Shown here piece by piece: positions 31,146 to 43,200 of a stretch of DNA of 64,000 bases. Within the stretch, counting starts at the first letter, position 1; each line of letters opens with the position of its first letter. The notes under the pieces are model-generated. The model was not told where the DNA came from. It saw only the letters and a program-made list of their open reading frames with translations, and did not search any database. This DNA is from an uncultured Methanosarcinales archaeon (lineage in GTDB: Archaea; Nanobdellota; Nanobdellia; Woesearchaeales; JACPIF01). The position numbers and the translations under genes are program-made. The stretch is taken from positions 6,176 to 70,175 of the forward strand of contig CAZRPY010000005.1 of NCBI GenBank assembly GCA_964602245.1, read 5' to 3'.

Positions 31146-32057
31146 ATGAGCTACGGGGAAGAGTCTAAACAAGCTAAATACAAGCCAAATGTAACTTTAC
31201 AGATACATAATGATTTAGTAGTAGGAAAGATTGTAGTAGGAACTATGTTTAGGGATGTAAGTAATTTAGGAACCATGTATGAGGAAGATTCTACTCTTGC
31301 TAAGGCCGCTGATATGGGTTATCGTTTTGCGGTCTTTGATTGCGAGCACAAAGCATTTAATATTGAAACATTAGCTGTGTTTGCCCAAGAAGCCCATGAA
31401 ATTGGCATTTCACCTTGGATTAGACCTGAACAATCTAAATACGCCACTATTAGCAGATACGCAGATATAGGCTTTTCTGGGTTTATGATTCCTAATGTTA
31501 TGGATACTACTAGAGCGCAGGATGTTGTTAATCAGGCTTATTATTATCCAATTGCTCAAAATGCACAAATAGTAAGAGGATACTCCCTAGGATCAATTGT
31601 ATTAGATGGCCAGAAATTTGAAACTGTTCGAGAAGAATTAGATTATGCTAATAATAATATGTTTGTTGTAGTTCAGACAGAACATCCAGAAGGCATAGAA
31701 AATCTATAAGACATTTTGTCTATACAAGGAGTTAATGGAACAATTATTGGCCCTAGTGATTTAGCAATAAATATAGCAAAAAAAGAAGAAAATAAGAAGC
31801 TTATTGAAATGCCGAAAGATGAGATGTATAGGCATGAGTTCATGATAAATGCATATAGAGAGATTGGCAAAATCGCCCAGCTAGCAGGAAAATTTGCAGG
31901 CATTCATTTTTCTGGATCTGCACAAATGGATATTGCTGAGATGTTAGTTAGTGATATGGGCTATAGATTAATAATTCTAGGAACAGACAGAAATTTTAGA
32001 GATGAAGAAATTCTTACAACTAAAAAGAATATAGAGGAAATTAATTCAAGATTTTAA
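31146..32057 (+). pseudogene. HpcH/HpaI aldolase-family gene with an internal in-frame TAA (31707-31709)
   Basis: DCEH, QTE..GIENL*DILSIQGV..IGPSDL; both halves in the same frame. Confidence 0.8.
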
Positions 32058-32062
32058 ATTAT

Positions 32063-33340
32063 TTATCTCTTCATTAAAATCCCATACCCAATCAACCTAT
32101 ACCTATTACCCACTCTTCTGGATATTGTAACTCTACTGCCTTCTTCTGCACAGACTGGCAGTTTTAGCCTTATTTTAATTTTATTCCTAATAATTTCATA
32201 GACTATTCCAGCTGTTACTGCACTATTAACATTCAGCATTAAGATTTCATTCATCTTTACAGGCTCTACGCTCAGCTCTTCTTTTGTTCCTACAACTCTT
32301 TCAAGAAGCTTAGTATCAAGCACTAGCTCATCCCAGACTTTTGGCAATTTTCCAGGCAAGCCTACAACCTTGCCTGTTAATGAATCAGACTTAACTATTG
32401 AAGGATCAAGTGTTGTTAACAATCCAAATGAGCCGCCTGGCATAACCTCTTCCACATTTACACCACCAGCTGCTATTCCAGTAATTTTAGTTACTAACGG
32501 CTTCCATAATTTTTGATTTTTCTCCTCAACTAATCTTCCAGGCCTGATTTCTATATCCTCTCCTATTTTTAATACCCCAGCTTTTAATGCCCCTCCAAGA
32601 ACACCTCCTTTCATATCTTTAGGGTAAGTTCCAGGCTTGTTAATGTCAAATGACCTGGCAACCAACATCATAGGCTCTTTACTCAAATCTCTCTCTGGTG
32701 TTGGTATATATTTATCTATAGCCCATATTAACTTGTCAATATTAGCTCCATACTGTGCAGATATTGGTATAATTGGCGAATCCTCATAAATAGTCCCTTT
32801 TAAGAATTCCTTTATTTCCTTATAATTATTTATTGCAGTTTCCCTGTCAACCAAATCTATTTTATTCTGTACTACAACAACATTCTTTATACCTATTATC
32901 TCTAATGCTGTTAAATGCTCTCTTGTCTGTGGCTGTGGACATTTCTCAGTTGCAGATATTAAAACTAAAGCCCCATCAATTATAGCTGCACCACTAAGCA
33001 TTGTTGCCATTAAGCTCTCATGCCCTGGTGCATCAACAAAACTAACCTTTCTAACTGGAACAGCCTCTGAATTACAGTTATTACATTTTTCTTGTGTTGT
33101 ATATGCATATTCTCCACACTGCTCGCATTTCCTGAAAACTACATCAGCATATCCAAGCCTTATTGTAATTCCCCTTTTTAATTCCTCAGAATGAGTGTCA
33201 GTCCATTTACCGCTTAACTTCTCTAGTAAAGTTGTTTTTCCATGATCTACATGTCCGCAAAGCCCAATACTGATAACTGGCTGTTTTAGTAGAATATCAT
33301 CCTGTATGGTTTTAGTGCTTTGCTTACTCATATAATTCAA
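32063..33340 (-). CDS. eif2g: translation initiation factor 2 gamma subunit
   Basis: GHVDHGKTT, RGITIRLGY, DAPGHE, NKID. Confidence 0.97.
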   Translation of the reverse strand: MNYMSKQSTKTIQDDILLKQPVISIGLCGHVDHGKTTLLEKLSGKWTDTHSEELKRGITIRLGYADVVFRKCEQCGEYAYTTQEKCNNCNSEAVPVRKVSFVDAPGHESLMATMLSGAAIIDGALVLISATEKCPQPQTREHLTALEIIGIKNVVVVQNKIDLVDRETAINNYKEIKEFLKGTIYEDSPIIPISAQYGANIDKLIWAIDKYIPTPERDLSKEPMMLVARSFDINKPGTYPKDMKGGVLGGALKAGVLKIGEDIEIRPGRLVEEKNQKLWKPLVTKITGIAAGGVNVEEVMPGGSFGLLTTLDPSIVKSDSLTGKVVGLPGKLPKVWDELVLDTKLLERVVGTKEELSVEPVKMNEILMLNVNSAVTAGIVYEIIRNKIKIRLKLPVCAEEGSRVTISRRVGNRYRLIGYGILMKR

Positions 33341-33354
33341 TAACCTCCAAAAAA

Positions 33355-33753
33355 TTAAGCCTCCTGTTTAGCCCCTTCCTTAACTTCAGGAGCAAGTTTT
33401 ATCTTGCCCTCTTTTAGTATCTTTAAGTTAACCTGAGAAATTCTTGGATGAATTGTGTTTCCACAAACTGTTTTCTTATGCCTCATGCCTTTGCCAATTT
33501 TCTTAACACCAATACCGCTTACTGCCAGAAGCCTTTTTCTTCCGCTTCCTGTGACATCATTTCTCATTGGAAATCCACAGTAATCAGAGCCACCAGTAAT
33601 TACAAACTCATATTCAGCTAAGCCAAAGTCATCTCCCTTTACCTGCTCACCTATTTTCCTGCCTACGAAAACATTTGAATCAGGCTCTTTCAACTCCTTC
33701 TGATAACTCTTCCCAGTCTTAGGATCTGATATTACAAGCTTGAAGTCTGCCAT
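33355..33753 (-). CDS. rps6e: 30S ribosomal protein S6e
   Basis: FKLVISDPKTGKSYQ..ITGGSD..GFPM. Confidence 0.96.
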   Translation of the reverse strand: MADFKLVISDPKTGKSYQKELKEPDSNVFVGRKIGEQVKGDDFGLAEYEFVITGGSDYCGFPMRNDVTGSGRKRLLAVSGIGVKKIGKGMRHKKTVCGNTIHPRISQVNLKILKEGKIKLAPEVKEGAKQEA

Positions 33754-33826
33754 TTTTAATATGATATGTTTAGTTTATTCTTGCTTTTTTACTATTTTTA
33801 TTATTTCTTAATTATATTTTATAAAT

Positions 33827-33932
33827 CTTGCATCACGGTTGCGGACTGCGCAACATACATTGTCCGCTAGCGCACTTTACTTAGTTGATAAGCGGACCTT
33901 TGTATAGCCTCTTAGAGAGGCTCGTCTGCAAG
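33827..33932 (-). repeat. structured repeat family 1, copy E
   Basis: CTTGCA/TGCAAG termini; GTCCGCT/AGCGGAC and AGCCTC/GAGGCT stems. Confidence 0.85.
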
Positions 33933-34017
33933 TTAAAATTAACACAAATATGCTTTATAGCCTTGCCTAGAAAATAAGGAGGTTATTTAAAGGTATCGCA
34001 TCAGAAAGCTTTGCACC

Positions 34018-35115
34018 TTAATTAGGAAATTGCACCATATTTCCTCTAACGATAGCCTTCGCACAACCATCAAAATCAAGAGTAGTATTAGCCTCAAAAA
34101 GTTCCTGAATTAGAACGCATATATTATGAGATAAAATCTTACATAGTATCTCGTTTTCCTGCCCTATTTCAGTTCTGCTATAGAGATGCACTCCAAACTT
34201 ACGTTTTACTCTACTAAACAAACTTTCAGCAAGAGAACGTCTATGGTAGTGAAGTTTCCACTCTTCTTTATGATTTTTATATATCTCAAACATTCGTTTA
34301 AAAATATAAGACCCTCTTGCTTTGGCTACAATATTACTCTTGAAATCAAGGAATGGGATAGCACCCAGCGAGGATACAAGATTATAGTTTTCCCGAGAGC
34401 AATATGCCGCATCTCCACTAATTTCCCTCATCTTGAAATTTTTTGAGGTTATCTCAACTAACTTAAAGAATTCAGGTGAATCATGTTTATAGCCTTCTGT
34501 AACGCTACATGCTGTTGCTATCCCAGTTCTAGTTCCAGAGGTAACATGAGCTTTCTTGAAGAGCCTTCTAAGACTAGGTTTACCAATCCTCACATCTAAC
34601 CATCTACCATAAATGGATGTTGAGAAGCCACTAGAATCAATAGCAAACTGACTTTCAACATCTCTTAAAGGGATGCCAGATTGTTCTATGAGATGTTTCA
34701 ATATTGGCGTTAAGAATGGTTCGTTGAACCATCTCAGAATAGAATTAAAGCTAGGAACTTTGTCAATGTAACCTTTATTTTTTGCATCGGAGAGAAATCC
34801 CACTTCCCTTCTAGAACTCTTACCAAAATAAATTTTCATGACTATACAGAATAACTTATCTTTTAGGGTAAAAGATGGTTTACCTCTCCTTCTATACAAT
34901 GGGGGTCTTACTTGAATAAGGGTATCTATAAGTTCAATGAGAAGGTCATGGAATAAAGGATATTCTTGAGTCTGAGCCAGATTGTAAGCACTCCATTGCT
35001 GTTTGTATGTTTTCTTCGGTTTTTGTTCTACCATTTTGAACTCTAATAATTCTGTCTGCCTTTGTCCTACCTTTCCCCTTTTCCATCGTTCCATCCTCTT
35101 TTTTGGTAACACCAT
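34018..35115 (-). CDS. IS5-family (IS903-like) DDE transposase
   Basis: IDSSG, GDAAY, YHRRSLAESLFSRVK (YREK signature). Confidence 0.92.
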   Translation of the reverse strand: MVLPKKRMERWKRGKVGQRQTELLEFKMVEQKPKKTYKQQWSAYNLAQTQEYPLFHDLLIELIDTLIQVRPPLYRRRGKPSFTLKDKLFCIVMKIYFGKSSRREVGFLSDAKNKGYIDKVPSFNSILRWFNEPFLTPILKHLIEQSGIPLRDVESQFAIDSSGFSTSIYGRWLDVRIGKPSLRRLFKKAHVTSGTRTGIATACSVTEGYKHDSPEFFKLVEITSKNFKMREISGDAAYCSRENYNLVSSLGAIPFLDFKSNIVAKARGSYIFKRMFEIYKNHKEEWKLHYHRRSLAESLFSRVKRKFGVHLYSRTEIGQENEILCKILSHNICVLIQELFEANTTLDFDGCAKAIVRGNMVQFPN

Positions 35116-35124
35116 TTGAAGAGT

Positions 35125-35778
35125 TTATGTTTTACAGAATAAGCAGGAATCACTTGCATTAGGAATTTCACCTCGTATAACTTTGATAGCCCTTTCGAGC
35201 AATAGTTTGGCATCATAAACGCTAGTTTTGACTTTTACTAATTCATTATCAAAAATGATTATTCCATTATTAGTAATATTTCTAGGGATATAAAAGAGCA
35301 AATACGCATAATCTTCGGTATCATAACCATTCTTTCTCAGTAATAAGTTATAGATATTCATCTGGTTGAGATAACGAGTAATAGTATCATCTTTTATAGG
35401 ATAGCCTCGAGTCTTAAAGTCCAGTACTATCAGCTTCCCATCTTTCTCAAGAATGTCATCAATAGCTCCACTTAAGAGAATATTGCCATCTCTATACCTA
35501 AGACCTTTCCAATTATTTCTCCAAAGCATTAGCTTTTCTTTATTATTAAACAATCTAACACTTAGATTATACTTCTTGAGTTCTGGTGGCAATTCATTAT
35601 TAATTCTAAATCTATCAAAATAGAGTTTTAGCAATCTATCTATCCCAGCAGGTAATGAAGGGAAAGCCCCTGATGGTCTTCTTATCTTTTCCACTACATG
35701 ACGCCAGAAACATCTGGGACATTCTTGTAATAGGTTTAGTGACGATGCCGATATTTTGTATATAAGGTCTGTTCCTAT
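35125..35778 (-). CDS. PD-(D/E)XK Cas4/AddB-like nuclease (frame extends to an ATA at 35778)
   Basis: YKISASSL..CPRCFW, GAIDD..VLDFKT, QMNIY, C-terminal CLFC. Confidence 0.85.
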   Translation of the reverse strand: MGTDLIYKISASSLNLLQECPRCFWRHVVEKIRRPSGAFPSLPAGIDRLLKLYFDRFRINNELPPELKKYNLSVRLFNNKEKLMLWRNNWKGLRYRDGNILLSGAIDDILEKDGKLIVLDFKTRGYPIKDDTITRYLNQMNIYNLLLRKNGYDTEDYAYLLFYIPRNITNNGIIIFDNELVKVKTSVYDAKLLLERAIKVIRGEIPNASDSCLFCKT

Positions 35779-35955
35779 TTATACTCCTTAGTCAAAAAGA
35801 GTATTATGGCACCTAAAAGATGGATGATAGAGGGCACGAAAAAGGCCATAAAAAGTAATTCATGCAAGAAATGTGGGGGGATTTTTGTTAAATCTTATGT
35901 TACCTCTTTAATGGCAATGAAGATTGGGAGGAGGTGCAAATGTAAAAAGTCAACT

Positions 35956-36477
35956 TTAAAAAGGCCTTAGGCTGTATCCATATAGGCCATTTACTCCTAG
36001 CTCTTCAAAATTGACTTCTATGTCATTTTCATAGCAGAAATCAATAAGTTTGCACAGGAAGTCTTTCTGGTCTTCTCCTTTTACAGTTATGTCAATATCT
36101 GGCAGTTCTTTGCCTTCTGTTTGAGATATGTCAAAGACATTTACTGGGTAATACCTTATAATCTCAGCCTCTTTTTCTTCTTCAGTAAGCTCATCAGGCT
36201 GCTTAATCTTGTAGATAAAAGGAGCAAGTATCTTGATGGCTTTACTGCCTGGCTTTACAGACCTGCCAAGCTGCTTCCATGTAACAAAGCCTGCTACTCT
36301 TGTAGCATTTTTGTTCTGGAAATAGATAAGCAGCTGATTATGGTAGCTGTAATTCCAAAATCTTGACATAGTGTCAAGATATTCTTTAAAGAATTCTGAG
36401 GCTTTAACTTTATCAGTTTCCTCAGCAAGTTCTTTAAGCCTGCTTTCTATCTCTTTTAAGAGCTGAGGGGCGTCCAT
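35956..36477 (-). pseudogene. ArdC-like ssDNA-binding protein, C-terminally truncated
   Basis: YSYHNQLLI..VAGFVTWKQLGR.VK.G.KAIKILAP..VFDISQTEG; ends after GLYGYS with no HExxH domain. Confidence 0.8.
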
Positions 36478-36582
36478 TTAGACCACCCCCTGCATTTGCG
36501 GCTGATTTCCGCAAAACTCGCAGAAGACGAGATTTAATGCTTCTACTACTACATATTCACATATATGGTCTTTTCCTAACAT
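36478..36582 (-). CDS. small Cys-containing protein (34 aa)
   Basis: MLGKDHICEY..FCEFCG; GGAGGTG RBS. Confidence 0.45.
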   Translation of the reverse strand: MLGKDHICEYVVVEALNLVFCEFCGNQPQMQGVV

Positions 36583-36741
36583 TTTTATGCACCTCCAGAT
36601 GCGATTTTCTTGGAGGCCATTATGAGCGAAGGAGTCACGATTCTTTATTGCAAAGACCTGAAAGGGAAAGAACGATGAACCTCTTGAGTGTACTCAATTA
36701 AGAAAATCGGAGAATGGAGAGTGCTGAATGTTATGGAAAGA
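36569..36741 (-). promoter_or_regulatory. long imperfect hairpin upstream of the ArdC-like gene (candidate ssDNA promoter)
   Basis: Three nested complementary arm pairs, e.g. CGATTTTCTT/AAGAAAATCG. Confidence 0.5.
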
Positions 36742-36824
36742 TTTTATTATATGTTATTGTAGAATCTATATTTTAGGGAATATTTATAAAGAAAATAGAA
36801 TTATCTAGGCATAAGGGGTGTTAA

Positions 36825-37244
36825 ATGAGACAAATACGTCTGCTAGTTGTATTTATTTTAATTATAACTTTATTTGGATGTTCCTATACTGCTTCTAAAG
36901 ATTCAATTAAGACTATCAAAAATATAGAGTCAAATTTAACTATTGAAGATTGCATGGAAGAAAGAAGGAGCAAATTTCTAAAAGATTTCCCTGATAAAGA
37001 ATATCATTATGATTCATTCTCTGTAAGATTTAAGGAGGGTGTAGAAGAAATTGTTATACTAGATTTAATCAGTTCTTTCAATCATACTTATAGAAAGACT
37101 CCAAGAGATCCGAGCCTTTTTCGAGTATATATTGTAAATTCAACACAAGAAGCTTCTTATTGGGTATGTAAATATCGCGAGTATGGAATAGTTAATGAAA
37201 CCTATCTCGAAGTAAAAGCTTTTGGTCATATTGCGAATCAATAA
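36825..37244 (+). CDS. putative lipoprotein with S8 propeptide-like domain
   Basis: Signal peptide with LFGC lipobox; FSVRFKEGV.. Confidence 0.6.
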   Translation: MRQIRLLVVFILIITLFGCSYTASKDSIKTIKNIESNLTIEDCMEERRSKFLKDFPDKEYHYDSFSVRFKEGVEEIVILDLISSFNHTYRKTPRDPSLFRVYIVNSTQEASYWVCKYREYGIVNETYLEVKAFGHIANQ

Positions 37245-37245
37245 A

Positions 37246-40200
37246 ATGACGAGTATAATAAAAAAAGAGTCAAAATTTGTGATTATGTTTCTCTTGTTAT
37301 TATTTACTATGCATCTTACCTATGCCAAAGACTCTAATGAAACTCCAATTATTTCCAATTCAATTATAACAAAATTAGAGAGTGGTACAAAAGAAGTTGA
37401 AGTAGAAATAATACTAAGAGATTTTCAATCTTTATATAATAAAGAAAAACAAAAGAAAATAAAAAATGATACATTTGGGGAAAAAATAAGATATAAGAAA
37501 GAAAAGCAAGACACTATAAAATCTCTATTAACTTCTTCAGAGTTTAGAATTCGTAAAGAATCAATCTATGGAAATGGAATTATTGGTTACATCTCTAAAG
37601 AAGGACTAGATAAATTAAAAGATAATCCTTTAATTCTGGTTATTCAACCTCGAACAATCGGTCATATTGCCACTGCCGATAGTTCATCTATCATAAGATC
37701 GGATTATGTAAATAAAAAATTAAATATTAATGGAAGTCATGAAACCGTTTGTGTTCCCGACACTGGGATAGATAATACACATAATGAATTTAGTGATGAT
37801 ATAATTAATCAAACTTGTTTTTGTAATCTAGGCAATGGCTGTTGTCCTAATGGTCAGTTAACTGACAGTAATGCGTCAGATGATAATGGGCATGGTACAC
37901 ATGTAATAGGTATTATAACTGGAAATGGAAAATTTGCTAATGGTAATACGGGAATTGCTTCAAACAGTAAAATAGTAGCTATTAAAATAGCGAACAGTGA
38001 GGGAAACCTCGATTTTTCTGACGCGCAAGACGCAATAGACTATTGTATTTTAAACAAGAATAAATTTAATATTTCTGTCATTAGCATGAGTTTTGTTGAC
38101 AGTAGTTCACATCCTACTTCTGCGTGTAATGTACATCCTGGATTTTCATCTAGTATAACCACCGCATATAACAATAACATTACATTAGTTGCAGCCACAG
38201 GTAACAGAGGATATACTAATGGTATTGGTTATCCAGCTTGCCACGCAAATGTAATAGCTGTTGGAGCAACATATGATAAAGACTTAGGTAGACAACCAGC
38301 TACGTATGAAGGAACAACGTATAGGGATTGGCTTGGTAATTCATTTGCAAATTGCACTGATGAAAATACAAAACTGGATGATATTACTTGCTTTACAAGT
38401 AGAAGTTCCTTATTAGATTTATTGGCACCAGGTGCAAGAATATACTCTACAGTTCCTCTTTTTGTGAGTAATTTTGGTTACAATGAGCAAGTTGGTACTT
38501 CTATGGCAGCTCCTCATGTATCTGCTGCAGTTACATTACTTATTCAGTATGTTAAACAAATTAATGGAACTTCACTAAGGCCACCAGAGATTCTTGATAT
38601 TTTAAATAAGACTGGAGTTCCGATTTTTGATTCAAGTATTGGAATTACATTCTATAGAATTGATATTGCAGCAGCATTAGCTTATGTTACTACAAATAAT
38701 GTTAATGAGATAATAAACGGAAGCATTAAGCACGGCCAGCTATGGAGCACAAAGCTAAATGTCCAAGATTTTGATAATAAAAAGCTGACAGTAGACCTTA
38801 CATGGGACACATCTGATACATTGGACTTATTTCTGATTTCACCAAGTGGGCAACAATATACTAACGAGAATACAGGCTCAATAAATCCGCGTAAGATACA
38901 TATGGATAATGCGTCCTCAGGTATATGGACAATAAAAGTTAATGGAACCAATGTGAATTTAAAAGGGCATTCAGATTTTAATGTTATAACCAGTAAAGAA
39001 ACTCTACCAAATAGTCCTCCTGGAGGAATTAATTTTACCTTTGCTCAGCTTAACTATATCTCAGCTTGTAATAGTACTAGTGAAGGTTTAACTGTGGTTC
39101 TTAAAGGAGAAACTAACAGCTCAAAGCCGATTGTTGATATAACTAATAAAACAAATCTGACTTCAAATGCTTTTCTAACAGGATTAATTATACCCAACGC
39201 AAAAATGTTAGTCAATCTCCCTCTTGGAAGAGTTGATCTTGATCCAATCCTTGCGAGAACAGAAACTGGAAGAGTGATGCTTGATGCAGATATAAAATTA
39301 AAGTTTAGCATGTATAATACTCAAGAAGCTAAGGATAAATACAAAAATATAACTCAGGAATGGTTTTCCTTTCTAGAACAAAGTCCATATATTAATGAAA
39401 TAAAGGGAAGCGGCTACGATGGTGCATTCCAATGGGAAAGTAGACAATGGGTAAGTCCTAATTCATTAAAAGCAGAAGGAGAAGGATGTAAAATATTTTT
39501 AACTAATGCCACATTGAGAGTACAGTCTCTATTAAGATGGGCTCATTCAAATATAGATGGCTATAATTTAAGGCAAGAAGCCAAAGATGATGTTAAAAAT
39601 AGATTTGACTCGTGGAGGAGTAATTTAACAAAATGGTTAAATGATAATGCTGCAAGGACAGAAGCAGCTGTTAATAGCGAATCACAATACGATGATTTAA
39701 GATATGTTTATGCATCAGTTGCTTTAGCACAGTGGTATAAAACTTTAGATAGAAGTCAAGTATTATTCGGGAATATAATAAACAGTAATGATATATATTC
39801 TACTAATCTAAATATAAGCTTTGATGAAAACTATTGGAAACCTTTAACTAATCAGAGAATTACCGAGAATATTTATCTCAACTCTTGTTTTAAGCAAGGG
39901 TCATCAGGCTGTTATGTATGGATATTTGGCGGAGTTTCTTATGTAAATCTTAATACAAATGTTACTGGTACATTGAGTAATAGTACAAAAAATCTAATAA
40001 TCTCTGCTATAAATTCTAGTTATGCACAAAGCTTAAGTGAAAATAAAACTTATTATTATGCCAATTTTATAGAGTTGAGAAGAGCAGACCTGGAACCCAT
40101 TAGCATGTGGTTTAGTTCTATAACACCAAATATCAACCATGATTTTAATGTTTCTGTTGCAATTGAAAATAATGGAAAATTAGACGCAAATAATTTTACT

Positions 40201-43200
40201 TTATACTTATACTATAATTATACTTCAGAAAATGGAAGCTCAATTATTCTTCTTTTTAGTATTGATAATTTGAACTTGACGGCTAATAGCATAACTGCAA
40301 TAAGTATTATTTACAATTCAACAAACTTCAAAGAGAACGATTCGGTAGAAATTAATGCAACAGTTTATAACTTTGGAAATGTTAGCGCATCCACCTTTTA
40401 TGTGCAATTTAAATTAGATGGAACGGCAAAGGAGAGTAAACAGATTTCTGCAATAGCTTATGGTAAGAATACAACCCAATTTTACTGGAATGCAACTGCA
40501 GGAAATCATACGATAACTATTAAAGTAGATTCAACAAATTTAATAACAGAAGATAATGAGACAAATAATGAAGCAAGTAGAGATATTTCAGTACAGGACT
40601 TAACTCCTCCATCTATATTAAGCTTATTGACAGAAAGGGGAAGCCTAAAGATTAAGCTAAATATAACCGATAATGTTAATATTAGTAGTGTTAAGGCTCT
40701 TATAAATCAAACTACAATTGATTTTACTTATAACTCCTCCACTAAATTATGGCAAGGTTTTTCTGAATCTATTGGTCCGGGCATTTATCCAATAACAATT
40801 GTCGTTATAGATTCTAGTGGATTAACAACAACTAAAAGAAGCACTATTACTGTTTATGACGAAATGTTTGATATGGTTTTGAGTAGAGGAGGGATTATTT
40901 TGAGTCCTGAAGTCCCAGCTGATGCAGAAAATGTAACAATAAGTGTTAATGTATTTAACTATGGCGCAAATCAGACAGCTAATTTCACTGTCCAAATGTT
41001 AATAGATAGCATTAATTATTCTAACAAGACTATCTCAATTCCTGGTGATAGCAATAATACTGCCTATTTTAATTGGATATCTATTTATGGGAACCACACA
41101 ATAATCGCAAAAGTAGATCCCAGCAACTCCATTATAGAATTGAATGAATCTAATAATGTTCTAAATAAGACAATAACCGTCGAGGATAGAAAGGCGCCAT
41201 TAATAAATTATATTAATATACCATATATAATATACAAAAACCTTGTATTTACTATTAGGGTTAACGCCACTGATAATATCAACATTAGCCAAGTATCTGC
41301 AACTATAAACTCTACAGTAATTGGCTTGAGCTTTAATTCAACTTTAGGGTTATATGAAAATTCAACTAGTGTATCAAATACTGGAAGCTATCCTTTCATA
41401 ATTATAGCAAAGGATATCAATGAAATAAGCACTTCGTCAGAGAAACTAATAAAGGTTTATGATACAAGTAGTGATTTAATGGTTGATATATCTGGAATCT
41501 TCTTATCTCAAATAAATTTAACTGAAAATAATAATAATTTATTTGTTAATGTAAGTGTTGAAAATAGAGGTGGAACAGCTGCAAACAATTTCAAGATTGA
41601 ATTGCTTTTAGATGGAATGTCCCTCAAAAATAATACTATGTCTTTAGCAGCAGCTAATTTGTCTAATAGTAGTTTTAATATTACAGGCTTACCTTATGGA
41701 CTTCACAATATAACAATAAAGCTTGATGCTGATAATGTAGTTGCTGAATCAAATGAAAGTAATAATAACTATAGTAGAAACGTTTTCGTTTCTGATATTA
41801 CCATGCCAAGCAATTTAGCAAATTTAGTTGTTTCACCTTCTGGCTGGACTAATCAAACATTATTTAATGTTTCTTGGAATGTAGCTATTGATTCAAATGG
41901 CATTAAAAAATACGAATATCAGGTTGATTATGGAGAATGGATTAACAACAGCTTAAACTTATCAATTATTTTCACAAATTTAACTGATGGTACGCATATA
42001 GTTTTTGTTAGGGCTATCGATTTACCTGGCAATATAGGCAACTCAAGCAATTTGACAATAAAAAAAGATACCACAATACCAAATACACCTGTTGTTAGGG
42101 AATGGCACTCTGGGAATAATTGGTCACAGGATAATACGCCATACTACACTTGGGAAAATCCAGGAGATGAAGGCAGCGGAGTTTCTTATTATATAGGTAG
42201 TTTAGACGGATTAGAGTTTAACTTAAGCATTAATTTGTCATATTCACCTACATTAACTACTGGCAACCATTCATTCAAAATTTACGCGGTTGACATGGCA
42301 GGTCACAGAAGCAATTGGTCAAACGAGCCAATTGTTTTTATAGATACTTCAACTCCAGATTTACCAAACGTAACTTCAATAACACATCAAAATAGTAGTA
42401 AATGGTATTCTCAAAACCATGTAGTGATAAATTGGACTATTCCTTATGATGATTCAGGAATTTACGGTTATTATTATGCTATCGATAAAATTAATGACAC
42501 AATTCCAGATGATTTGTCGCTTTTTACAACTAATACAACTATAAACATTTCTGAGGTTATTGCTCCACAAATAGCAACAAATGAAAGCAGTGAAACCAAT
42601 GTGACTGGTTTACCTGATGGTATATGGTACTTCCATATAATTTCTAGAGATAATGCAGGAAATATAGGCTCTAATGCAACTCATTATTCTGTTAGAATAG
42701 ATACAAGAAAGCCACATATCTTAAATTTTACTCCTTTAAATAATTCTGTAACTTTGAATAATACGCCTTTATTTAGGATAGATTATATAGACAGTCTTTC
42801 TGGCATTAATTTAAGTTCAATAAATTTAACTATAGATGGAATTAATGCGACTAATATAACTATAAATGATACTACTCTGACATATATACCTACTTCAAAT
42901 TTATCAAAAGGTATCCATACAGCAGCTATAACGATAAAGGATAATACAACAAATACAAATGTATTTACTTGGCAATTTTCTGTTGGGAATTTAACATTAG
43001 ATATATCTAATTTTTCTATTATTGAGGATCTAGGAACAATAAAAACATTTGAAATAGTTATTAATAATCCAAGCGAAATAGACGCAACTAATGTTAAATG
43101 GATTTTAGAGACTAATGACAATTTAGTAATTAATAGTTCTCAGCCTTTCAATCTATCTGCAAATGAGAGATTATATCTGTATTTGAAATACAACTTTAGC

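Noticed and set aside
35125-35778. CRISPR-Cas or casposon assignment from the Cas4-like gene
   Set aside because: No Cas1, PolB or array; solo Cas4-like nucleases are common.
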